NCBI GenBank assembly: GCA_963706575.1
Contig: CAVPNL010000001.1
Coordinates: 206,311-238,310 of the forward strand
Source: an uncultured delta proteobacterium
GTDB lineage: Bacteria; Desulfobacterota; Desulfobacteria; Desulfobacterales; JAHEIW01
Reading direction: 5' to 3'
Length of the DNA: 32,000 nucleotides
The notes under the pieces are model-generated. The model was given only the letters and a program-made list of their open reading frames with translations, made no database searches and was not told the origin of the DNA. Shown one piece after another: positions 22,981 through 30,922 of this stretch; within the stretch, counting starts at the first letter, position 1, and each line of letters opens with the position of its first letter. Position numbers and translations under genes: made by a program.

Positions 22981-23316
22981 ATGCCCGGTAAATTCGAATT
23001 GAAAAAAGGCAAAAGTGGAAAGTTCTCGTTTAATCTTAAAGCTGCCAATGGACAGGTGATTCTGACGAGTCAAGCTTACAAAACCAAAGCGGCTGCGAAA
23101 AATGGAATTAAATCTGTTTGTACGAACTGCGGGAAGAAGGCCAATTTTGAACAGAAGACATCAAAGAAGGGCGAACCCTACTTTGTTATGTTGGCCTCTA
23201 ATAAGCAGGTTATTGGCAAAAGTCAGATGTATGCCAGCAAGACGTCAATGCAGAATGGCATTGCATCTGTTGAGAAAAATGCGTCCAAAGCCCAGGTTAA
23301 GGATTTAAGCGCCTAG
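22981..23316 (+). CDS. YegP-family protein (two tandem DUF1508/UPF0339 repeats)
   Basis: AGGAGG RBS precedes the ATG at 22981. There are two internal repeats: FELKKGKSGKFSFNLKAANGQVILTSQAYKTKAAAKNGIKSV and FEQKTSKKGEPYFVMLASNKQVIGKSQMYASKTSMQNGIASV. Confidence 0.8.
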   Translation: MPGKFELKKGKSGKFSFNLKAANGQVILTSQAYKTKAAAKNGIKSVCTNCGKKANFEQKTSKKGEPYFVMLASNKQVIGKSQMYASKTSMQNGIASVEKNASKAQVKDLSA

Positions 23317-23411
23317 CTTATTTTAATCGGAATGTCCCGGATGAGTAAATGGTCTATAGCAAAAGGGATTTAACACTTCAGTTATTATTAAATTGATATA
23401 TTCAGTTTGAA

Positions 23412-23488
23412 GATGAGTGGTCAGCGTTATCACTTTTTGGGGTGATTTGAAAGATGAATCCTAAAGGTATCTGACCACTCATTTTTTC
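23412..23488 (+). terminator. Candidate terminator with an unusually large loop, downstream of the YegP-like gene
   Basis: A perfect 12-bp inverted repeat, atgagtggtcag / ctgaccactcat, with a 46-nt loop is followed by T6. The loop contains a small inner hairpin (atcac / gtgat). Confidence 0.4.
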
Positions 23489-23518
23489 GCAATGTATCAC
23501 ATCATTTCACAGCGACAA

Positions 23519-25732
23519 TTATCCTGTCACCGGGTGCTCATTGCCGTAGCTTTTAACCTTGTATACTTTGCATTGAAAGGTTCGCAGCGGCCAGGAGCCT
23601 AATGCTTCATCGCACTCCTCTTCGGCGCTTGAGGTGCAGACGTTGATATTGGACACCCACACGCCGTGCAGCCAGGGCTCCTCTCCCGGCATTTCCGGAT
23701 ACCACCATCCATGCTGGCCGTGCACCACGCGAGGGTCGATGTGCTCAAAGATTTCAACTTTTTGCATGACCCGCCCATGTTGCGTTTCGATCCAGGCCCA
23801 ATCGCCTTCCGCAAGCCCCAGATCTTTGGCCGTGTCGGGATGTAGCTGCATTTTGGCCCAGGGGTATCGTTTGCGCAGCTTTTCGATCTGGCGATGCTCG
23901 GAGTGAAAGAAGGGATGAAAGCGACCGCCGGTGATTAGAATCAACGGATACTTTTCAGCGAGCTCGGGCGTGCGGATTGCGCTTTCCGGAGGCTCTTGAT
24001 AATAGGGCAGTGCGTCGTAACCCAGTTTTTCCATCACTGTTGAGGCAAGCTCGATCTTCCCGGTTGGTGTGCCGAAACCGCCCATTTTTTCATATTTTTT
24101 GTATTCCCATTTCTCGGGTTCCCAACGGCCCATTTCAAGTAGTTTCTTGAAATTCAATCCCATGGGCTCCAGGCGATAATCATAGTACGCTTCCAGGGTT
24201 TCCCAGGGCCAGTGCTGCTCCTGCCCCAATCGGACACCCAGCCCGCGCCAGAAGTCAAAGTCGGTGCGCCGGTCGTGCTTACCCGCAATCGTAGGCGGTA
24301 CGGCCGCCTCGCCGGCCACAATAACCGGTGTCGTGTTGTGAAAATTCCACAAAAAGTCACGCTCCTGCCACATGGCGCTCGGCAATACATAGTCTGCCAG
24401 CTGGGCGCTGGGGGTCATAAAATAGTCCACCACGACATAGAGATCCAGGCTTCTGAGGGCTTTGTGGACGAGCTTTGTATTGGGTATGGTGACCATAGGA
24501 TTTGATGAGAGCGTAATCAAGGCGCGCACCGGATAAGGATCGCTGTACGCGATTGCCTTATAGAGCGATGGGGCAGGGGCCATGCAGGTATAGCCGAACA
24601 TATCACAGCGTTTGCCCCAGACACGTTCCACGTTGCTCTGGACCATTTCGTAACCGGGCCAGCTGTAAAGTTTAAATTGATTGCCCAGAATTTTTGCGCG
24701 CTGTTCGACCGGCAGGGCTTCGGGCATCTCAATTTCATGCTCGGTGATAAACGGCGCCGGGCCCAACAGTTCCTCGCCACCCTGCACATCCACATTGCCC
24801 ACGATGGCCGAGATAATGTGGCGCGCTGCGATGGCGCCATACGAATTGGGTTGGTGGGCCACCCCCATACCCTCCATGGCACAGGAAGGCGTTTCGGTGG
24901 CAAACATGCGAGCAGCCGCCTTGATCTGGTCTGCCGGCACCCATGTGATTTCGGCGGTCTTGTCGAGTGGATATTCTTTGGCGCGTTGCGCCAGCGCATC
25001 AAATCCATGGCACCATTTCGTGACAAACTCTTTATCGTAAAGATCTTCTTCGATAATAACATTAATCATGCCCAGCAGCAGGGCGCAGTCCGTGCCCGGG
25101 CGCAGCTGAAGCCACAAATCTGCTGCTTCGGCCGATTCCGAACGGCGGGGGTCGATGACAATGAGTTTGGCGCCGTTCTTCTGTGCGCCCTCGATGCCCT
25201 CCCAGATGGTCTGGTGAGAATGAGGCGGATTGCGGCCGATGAGCATCACACAGCGGGTATTCTGCAGTTTTTCGATGTGCATCCAATACGGCCACCAGCC
25301 GAAAAGCGTGGTGGCCACCACCGCTGAATTACCGTGACAGATTTGAGCCTGGCCGCACTGGTTGGGACTGCCGAAAAGGTTCAGAAAACGCGAATTGAGC
25401 TCCTCGTAGGTTCGACTGGTGCCGGCTGTTACCCCCAGGGTTTCGGCACCATACTGATCCTTGAGTGCCTGTAATTTAGCGGCAATCTCATCCAGGGCTT
25501 CGTCCCAGCTGATCTGCTGCCACTTGTTTTCACCTTTCTCTCCGATTCGCTTGAGCGGATAATTCAGACGGTCCGGATGGTAAAATCGGTCTAAATCCGG
25601 GGCCCACTTGCGCGGGCATTTCTTGATAGTTGAGGTGCTGACGTTGACGATCTGATTGTCTTCCACCTCGAGATCGAGAACGCAGCGCGGTTTGCAGCGA
25701 AAACAGATGGAATGCTTGATTTCCTTAGCCAT
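23519..25732 (-). CDS. Cytoplasmic molybdopterin/tungstopterin bis-PGD oxidoreductase (DMSO-reductase superfamily), acetylene-hydratase-like, monomeric type
   Basis: GGAGG RBS is present. The N-terminal [4Fe-4S] motif is C10-x2-C13-x3-C17...C39 and there is no twin-arginine signal. The 737-aa length and stretches such as LYDKEFVTKWCHGFDALAQRAKEYPLDKTAEIT resemble my recollection of Pelobacter acetylenicus acetylene hydratase. No adjacent beta or gamma subunit gene is present. Confidence 0.8.
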   Translation of the reverse strand: MAKEIKHSICFRCKPRCVLDLEVEDNQIVNVSTSTIKKCPRKWAPDLDRFYHPDRLNYPLKRIGEKGENKWQQISWDEALDEIAAKLQALKDQYGAETLGVTAGTSRTYEELNSRFLNLFGSPNQCGQAQICHGNSAVVATTLFGWWPYWMHIEKLQNTRCVMLIGRNPPHSHQTIWEGIEGAQKNGAKLIVIDPRRSESAEAADLWLQLRPGTDCALLLGMINVIIEEDLYDKEFVTKWCHGFDALAQRAKEYPLDKTAEITWVPADQIKAAARMFATETPSCAMEGMGVAHQPNSYGAIAARHIISAIVGNVDVQGGEELLGPAPFITEHEIEMPEALPVEQRAKILGNQFKLYSWPGYEMVQSNVERVWGKRCDMFGYTCMAPAPSLYKAIAYSDPYPVRALITLSSNPMVTIPNTKLVHKALRSLDLYVVVDYFMTPSAQLADYVLPSAMWQERDFLWNFHNTTPVIVAGEAAVPPTIAGKHDRRTDFDFWRGLGVRLGQEQHWPWETLEAYYDYRLEPMGLNFKKLLEMGRWEPEKWEYKKYEKMGGFGTPTGKIELASTVMEKLGYDALPYYQEPPESAIRTPELAEKYPLILITGGRFHPFFHSEHRQIEKLRKRYPWAKMQLHPDTAKDLGLAEGDWAWIETQHGRVMQKVEIFEHIDPRVVHGQHGWWYPEMPGEEPWLHGVWVSNINVCTSSAEEECDEALGSWPLRTFQCKVYKVKSYGNEHPVTG

Positions 25733-25874
25733 TTTTATAAACCTCCAATTTTATTTATTCGGTTATAAATGGATATCGGACTTCATATACGCTATTTTAT
25801 GAGCGGGTTTGATGATTAAGTCAATTCATATGATTTTATAAAAAATATAAGTTTTTCTTATAGGATGCTGCCTC

Positions 25875-25926
25875 GGAGTGTTGGAGTCCTGGAGTGGTGG
25901 AGAAAGATAGAAATGGAACATTGGAG
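25875..25926. repeat. Phased GGA(G) repeats with an exact 8-nt period (CUCC/UCC on the operon sense strand)
   Basis: GGA begins at 25875, 25883, 25891, 25899, 25915 and 25923. That is six of seven consecutive 8-nt slots; slot 25907 reads ata. Confidence 0.6.
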
Positions 25927-25972
25927 TGACGGCGTGTCAGGTAAAGTCAAGTTAAGCAGAACATATTCTTCC

Positions 25973-27181
25973 CTAAGTTTGCTCCTGGATCATTTGATCC
26001 ATCATTTGAGCGGCTATTGTCGCAAATGCCGGATCGTTAATGTGGTGATCGGCTTCTTGAATTTGGATTTGAGGAGCGAGTTTTTCCTTAAACAGTTGCG
26101 CAAAAAACTGGTTCATGAGCGGTTCATAAAGGGGGCCGCCTGCGCGATCAGCCTCCGACCATCCCTGCAAAGGGATTAATATTTTTATATTTGAAGGGTC
26201 TTTATTTAATTTTTCTGATAGCTGATCGGCCAGTGTTCGCGTTTCGTCTTCGTTCAGGCGAATGGCAGAGCGGAAATCATAAAAAAAGATCTTGCGGTCT
26301 TTATACTGGTCGGGAATATTATGCCGGGTGAATTCTAAAACCGCACAATCAAGCCCCCCCGGTACGACCAGACGGGGTATCGAATGCCCCGGGACCGGCT
26401 CGAATCGCTGCGGCCCGATATCGCCGCAATATCCGTCCAGCAGATGATCGGCCAGCTCATGGGTGGCCAGGTCGAGGATGCCGTGGAAATACCCTTGAGC
26501 CGCAAGTTCCTCCATGGCCATGCCGCCGGTGCCGTTGGCATGGAATGCAACCACCTCGTACCCCAGCTTTTCAAGGGCTTCTTTGGTAGCCTCCGCACCA
26601 GCAGTGATGAATCCGAAAAAGGGCAGGGCAATCCGTTTTTTGGCCTCTTGAGGTTTCCAGCGGCTTTGGACCATGCCACAGATGCCTGCTGCGGCTTTAT
26701 CCAGGATACGGCCCGAAACACTGTTTATACCCAGCAGGTCGGCGACACTGTGTATCATGGTGATATCTTTGGTGCCGACTGTCCGTGCCATGTTACGGGA
26801 GGCCACGGTGGAAACCATAACTTTGGGGACACCCAACGGGAGTTCATGCATGATACTGCTGGCGATATGGGTACCGGTGCCGCCGCCGGCAGAGATCATT
26901 CCAGATATTTCACTCTCCTCATAGAGTTTTTTAATTCGGGCGCTGGCCTCATTGATCATTGCTGCAATGGCTTTATCTCTGCTTTCTTGCACAGCCGAAT
27001 TATTTTCAATAACCAATTGGTACAAGTCCAGATCTACCGGGGCCGGAGATGGATTGCCGGTGCCGACATTAACCGTTAAAACATCTACACCCATTTGCTC
27101 AATACGATCTTTTAGAAAAATATGCTCTTCAGCCTTGGTGTCAAAAGTCCCCACCACTGCGATCTTCGGCTTAATGCTCAT
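25973..27181 (-). CDS. Tm-1-like ATP-binding domain protein (UPF0261 family), copy 2
   Basis: The protein is 402 aa. The N-terminus is PKIAVVGTFDTKAEEHIFLKDRIEQMG, and GGGTGTHIASS and FHANGTGGMAMEEL are present. It is a colinear but divergent paralog of 8804-10015. Confidence 0.7.
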   Translation of the reverse strand: MSIKPKIAVVGTFDTKAEEHIFLKDRIEQMGVDVLTVNVGTGNPSPAPVDLDLYQLVIENNSAVQESRDKAIAAMINEASARIKKLYEESEISGMISAGGGTGTHIASSIMHELPLGVPKVMVSTVASRNMARTVGTKDITMIHSVADLLGINSVSGRILDKAAAGICGMVQSRWKPQEAKKRIALPFFGFITAGAEATKEALEKLGYEVVAFHANGTGGMAMEELAAQGYFHGILDLATHELADHLLDGYCGDIGPQRFEPVPGHSIPRLVVPGGLDCAVLEFTRHNIPDQYKDRKIFFYDFRSAIRLNEDETRTLADQLSEKLNKDPSNIKILIPLQGWSEADRAGGPLYEPLMNQFFAQLFKEKLAPQIQIQEADHHINDPAFATIAAQMMDQMIQEQT

Positions 27182-27214
27182 GATGCTTCATCGTCCTCTG
27201 TTTTTTATATCCCA

Positions 27215-27240
27215 ATAACGGATAACAAATAACGAATAAC
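27215..27240. repeat. Four tandem ATAAC units with an exact 7-nt period (GUUAU on the sense strand) just upstream of Tm-1-like copy 2
   Basis: The sequence is ataacgg ataacaa ataacga ataac, with units at 27215, 27222, 27229 and 27236. It sits inside the 66-nt intercistronic gap. Confidence 0.65.
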
Positions 27241-27247
27241 TACTAGT

Positions 27248-27727
27248 CTAAATTTCATTTAGACGATAGAATCCATCTTTATGCCAGACGAGCGGAGGAT
27301 TGCCCGTATCGTTCTGATTAACCACCCGCCCGATGAAAAGGTGGTACCCTTTTATTTCATTTGAACTCTCGACCTCACATTCCATCCAGGCGGCCGCCCC
27401 CTCCGGGACCAGGGCCGCACTGCCGGCCCCCGGTTTTGCCTTAATGGCAAAGCGCTCAAACTTATCGGTGATTAGGCCCTTGGCGCTGCCCACCTGCATG
27501 GCCAATTGTTTTTGGCCATCTCCGGCGATGACGAGCGTAAACCTGCCGGCCTCTATAATTAATTTTTCGGTCAGGTGACCTTTAGCTACACTGATAACCA
27601 GCAGTGGTTCTTTTTCCGACACAAACATAGCGGTAGCCGTCATGATATCTCTTTCGCCTTCATGGGCAGTGCTGACGAACACCACCGAACACGGCAGCCA
27701 GTAGAATACATTGTTTTCTTTATTCAT
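27248..27727 (-). CDS. Flavin reductase-like (FMN-binding split-barrel) protein, copy 2
   Basis: The pattern LPCSVVFVSTAHEGERDIMTATAMFVSEKEPLLVISVAKG is typical of the flavin reductase domain. Its start lies 4 nt after the ACAD stop. Confidence 0.65.
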   Translation of the reverse strand: MNKENNVFYWLPCSVVFVSTAHEGERDIMTATAMFVSEKEPLLVISVAKGHLTEKLIIEAGRFTLVIAGDGQKQLAMQVGSAKGLITDKFERFAIKAKPGAGSAALVPEGAAAWMECEVESSNEIKGYHLFIGRVVNQNDTGNPPLVWHKDGFYRLNEI

Positions 27728-27731
27728 TTTT

Positions 27732-28856
27732 TTACCTCAGCAGATATCTGGAAATTAGCAGTTTTTGGATCTCTTCGGTCCCTTCCTCGAAATGATACGA
27801 GCGCGCATCCCGAAAATGGCGCTCAATCGGATAGGCCCGTGTGTAACCGATGCCGCCGTGTATTCGCAGAGCCATTTCCGATACGCGGGTCAAAACTTGC
27901 TCCGCGAAAAGTTTTGCCATGGCGGCTTCTTTAACGATATCCATGCCCTGATCGAACTTCCAGGCCGCTTCATATGCCAGCAGACGGGCAGCCTGGATTT
28001 CGGTGCCCATCTGGGCGATGTTGTTTTGAATGGCCTGCCGTTTGGCAAGCAGCTTGCCAAAGGTCGTTCTTTGTTTGGCATAATCAATTGCCAGATCCAG
28101 CATGCGTTGGGCTAACCCGACGCAGCAAAACGCAATGGAGACCCGGCTCAGGTGCAGCATGCCAAAGGCCACCTCCAAACCCTTGCCCTTTTCACCCAGG
28201 ATGTTGGCGGCGGGTACCCGGCAATTTTTGTAAATCACATTGTAGTGCCGTGGCCCCACGCAGCCCATCATCTTTTCCATGGGCTTAAGCACCACCCCGT
28301 CACATGGCAGGTCAATTAAAAAGGAAGTAATGCCTTCTTCGGTGGCTGCAAACGCATAGATGAGTTTGGTGTAGCCCGGAAATAGGGTTATGAGCCACTT
28401 GTGGCCGTTTAGAATATAAGCGTCGCCATCTTTTTGGGCCTTGGAGTTGATATCTTTGCCGGTGCCGGCTTCGGGCTCGGTCAAGCTGTTGGCTGCCCAG
28501 ATCTTGCCGGATGCCAGCTGCGGTAAATACTTCTCTTTTTGTTCTTCGGTTCCAAAATGCAGGATCGGCCGCCAGAACAAACCATTCATGGTGTGTGCGA
28601 TCAATCTAACCGTTGCATAGGCTTTGGCCAACTCTTCAAGAACCGGAAACCACTCCACCGCACTCCATCCCTGACCCCCGTATTCCTGCGGAATGGTAAG
28701 GCCGAAGAATCTTCCCTTTTTGAGTTCTGCCACCAACTCATCGGGCAGCTTTTCATCTTCTTCCAGTGGTTTCGACAGGGGGTCTAAAACATTTTCCACC
28801 CACTCGCGGGCTTCTTCTTTGTATTTTAGAATTTCATCGGACAGACTAAAATCCAT
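27732..28856 (-). CDS. Acyl-CoA dehydrogenase
   Basis: The protein begins MDFSLSDE. It has LTEPEAGTG, a C-terminal GGIGYTRAYPIERHFRDARSYHFEEGTEEIQ, and AGGAG 6 nt upstream of the ATG at 28856 (the track start at 28862 has no spacer). Confidence 0.9.
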   Translation of the reverse strand: MDFSLSDEILKYKEEAREWVENVLDPLSKPLEEDEKLPDELVAELKKGRFFGLTIPQEYGGQGWSAVEWFPVLEELAKAYATVRLIAHTMNGLFWRPILHFGTEEQKEKYLPQLASGKIWAANSLTEPEAGTGKDINSKAQKDGDAYILNGHKWLITLFPGYTKLIYAFAATEEGITSFLIDLPCDGVVLKPMEKMMGCVGPRHYNVIYKNCRVPAANILGEKGKGLEVAFGMLHLSRVSIAFCCVGLAQRMLDLAIDYAKQRTTFGKLLAKRQAIQNNIAQMGTEIQAARLLAYEAAWKFDQGMDIVKEAAMAKLFAEQVLTRVSEMALRIHGGIGYTRAYPIERHFRDARSYHFEEGTEEIQKLLISRYLLR

Positions 28857-28876
28857 ATGCATCTCCTTTTCACAAT

Positions 28877-29638
28877 TTAGCCAATCATTGTCAGGCCGCC
28901 GTCAATACTCAGAACCTGACCGGTTAGATATCTTGAATCATCGCTGACAAAAAAGGCGACCACATCCGCCACGTCTTCGGGTTCGCCCAGGCGCCTGAGC
29001 GGGATTACGCGTGTCACCGCCTCGGTGTATTTTTGACCCTTTTCGCCCGAATGCAGGTTGTCCCAGAGATCGGTATTCACCGGACCCGGGCTGACGCAGT
29101 TTACCCGGATGTTGTAACGAGCCAATTCTTTGGCCAGCGCTTTGGAGCTGGCCATGATGGCCGCCTTGGTGCCGCAATAAAGGACCTCACCGGGGTTGCC
29201 GATTCTTCCCGCGTCTGAGCCCAGGCTCACGATATTGCCGCTTTTTTGTTCTACCATGATGGGGATGCAAACATGTGAAGCAATCAGAAAACTTTTGTAA
29301 TTCACATTAATCATTTTTTCCCATAAATCTTCAGCGGTCTCCACAAAGTAGCGGGATTCATCGATCCCGGCATTGTTGATCAGAATGTCAACAGATCCCC
29401 ACTCCTGGTGGATTTTTTCCACCGATTTTTTAACGGTGGCATAATCCGTGACATCGCAGGCAAGCGGGATGGCCTCGACGCCGAATTTGCGAATTTCTCC
29501 GGCAACTTTAAGCCCCAGATCCTTCTGAAGGTTTAAGACAGCCACATTGGCACCATCTTTTGCCAGCCGCAGGGCAATCGCGCGCCCGATTCCGCGGGAC
29601 CCGCCGGTCACAATCGCTGTTTTTCCTTTTAATCCCAT
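28877..29638 (-). CDS. Short-chain dehydrogenase/reductase (FabG-like SDR)
   Basis: Motifs are TGGSRGIGRAIA, NNAG, YCGTKAA (catalytic YxxxK) and PGPVNT. Confidence 0.9.
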   Translation of the reverse strand: MGLKGKTAIVTGGSRGIGRAIALRLAKDGANVAVLNLQKDLGLKVAGEIRKFGVEAIPLACDVTDYATVKKSVEKIHQEWGSVDILINNAGIDESRYFVETAEDLWEKMINVNYKSFLIASHVCIPIMVEQKSGNIVSLGSDAGRIGNPGEVLYCGTKAAIMASSKALAKELARYNIRVNCVSPGPVNTDLWDNLHSGEKGQKYTEAVTRVIPLRRLGEPEDVADVVAFFVSDDSRYLTGQVLSIDGGLTMIG

Positions 29639-29700
29639 AGTTGAAACCTTTCTAGATTCAAAATTTGTAAGGTTTTACGCATCGCATCTCAGAAAAGAAT

Positions 29701-30891
29701 TTAGGCCGATTTGGCGCCTTTGGGCAGAGCGCTCGGTCGGGCTATTTTTTTTGTAAACGGCGCAGGCGCTGCCAGCTTCCCTTCAGGCCACCGGGAACAG
29801 TTCACCTTTTCCATCCTTGAGTCGGCCTCCAGGCACCAGTTACAGGCTGTACAGGGTACGATCTCCTTTGCCTTCCCTTCGAGGGCCTTTTGAGGCCAAT
29901 CCGGATCGCAGAGCAATGCGCGACACAGTCCAATAATTTCCGCCTTTTCCTGCTGCAGGATCTCTTCAGCCATTTTGGGAGTGCGGATCTTGCCGGCCGT
30001 TACAATCGGAGTGTTAAAGCCGGCCTTATTAACTGCTTTTTTTATGCCTTCGGCCAGATAGACATGGGTTGCGTCAGGAAACCACCACGTCGGGCTCATC
30101 CGATGACCGCTATAACCGGACATGGGATCCGGAGGTGTGTTTTCAGGAGGAGGAGGTGCATCTTCGAATCTGCTGCCGCCCGACACGCTGATGTAGTCGG
30201 CTCCCAGCTCAGCGAATTTTTTGGCAACCTGTGTGCTTTGAAGCAAGGTTGTTCCCGGAGCTGTGAAATCCTCACCATTTATTCTAATGCCAAGGGGATA
30301 ATGCTCGCCGACAACCTGACGCGCCGCTTTATAAACTTCTATCGGTAACCGCATTCGCCTGTTCAAACCACCCCCATAGTCATCCGTTCTGTCATTTGAT
30401 AACGAAAGAAATGAAGATAGGCTATAGGCGTGGGCCATATGGAGTTCGATAAATTCAAAACCTGCTTTTAAGGCGCGCTCTGCAGCGTCTGCATGTTGGC
30501 GCACAATAATCGGAAGATCTTCGGGTTTGAAATCCGAAACTTTTTGTCTCCAACCGCTTCTGGCGATCTTCAAGAAATGCATGATTTGGATCCCGATTTT
30601 GGTATCCGGATTCACCTCACGAACGCTTCGAACAAGATCTTCTAATTCTTTGGTAAAACTATCATCACTGATACGCAGATTATACGAGCTCCGTGAGGGC
30701 AAAACCACCGCCGCTTCCACGACTAAAGAACCCACACCGCCATTTGCTTCCCGTCGATATCTGGCGATGAGATCATCTGTGACGTGACCGTCTTCTGTGG
30801 CCAATCCGGAAACCATTGAAGTCCGCATGATTCTGTTAGGAAATGTCACGCCCTTCAGATTAATTTTCGAAAAGAGGTTTTCATATTTCAT
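29701..30891 (-). CDS. Old-Yellow-Enzyme-family NADH:flavin oxidoreductase with a C-terminal [4Fe-4S] Cys motif, lacking the FAD/NAD(P)H domains of enoate/dienoyl-CoA reductases
   Basis: OYE core motifs are FPNRIMRTSM and ELHMAHAYSLSSFLS..NDRTDDYGGG. The C-terminus has C347-x2-C350-x2-C353-x11-C365, and the protein then ends about 30 aa later (396 aa in total). Confidence 0.85.
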   Translation of the reverse strand: MKYENLFSKINLKGVTFPNRIMRTSMVSGLATEDGHVTDDLIARYRREANGGVGSLVVEAAVVLPSRSSYNLRISDDSFTKELEDLVRSVREVNPDTKIGIQIMHFLKIARSGWRQKVSDFKPEDLPIIVRQHADAAERALKAGFEFIELHMAHAYSLSSFLSLSNDRTDDYGGGLNRRMRLPIEVYKAARQVVGEHYPLGIRINGEDFTAPGTTLLQSTQVAKKFAELGADYISVSGGSRFEDAPPPPENTPPDPMSGYSGHRMSPTWWFPDATHVYLAEGIKKAVNKAGFNTPIVTAGKIRTPKMAEEILQQEKAEIIGLCRALLCDPDWPQKALEGKAKEIVPCTACNWCLEADSRMEKVNCSRWPEGKLAAPAPFTKKIARPSALPKGAKSA

Positions 30892-30922
30892 TTCGAATTC
30901 CTTTCGTTCTCCGATCGATCGA

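Noticed and set aside
23519-25732. Calling the 737-aa Mo/W enzyme acetylene hydratase.
   Set aside because: The position equivalent to the essential Asp next to the second cluster Cys is Lys. The similarity judgement rests on remembered sequence, not an alignment. I therefore call it only AH-like.
25751-25780. A GTTATAAATGGATAT segment upstream of the Mo/W enzyme gene as a third LysR site, by resemblance to GTTATGGATAAAT at 17257-17269.
   Set aside because: The words are shared but in rearranged order, with no palindromic symmetry. In AT-rich promoter DNA this is indistinguishable from chance without a motif search.
25865-26179. A plus-strand 104-aa ORF beginning in the GGAG repeat region (MLPRSVGVLEWWRKIEMEHW...).
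   Set aside because: It mostly overlaps the 3' end of Tm-1-like copy 2 in antisense. Its W/G-rich N-terminus is simply the translation of the GGAG repeats. It has no RBS.
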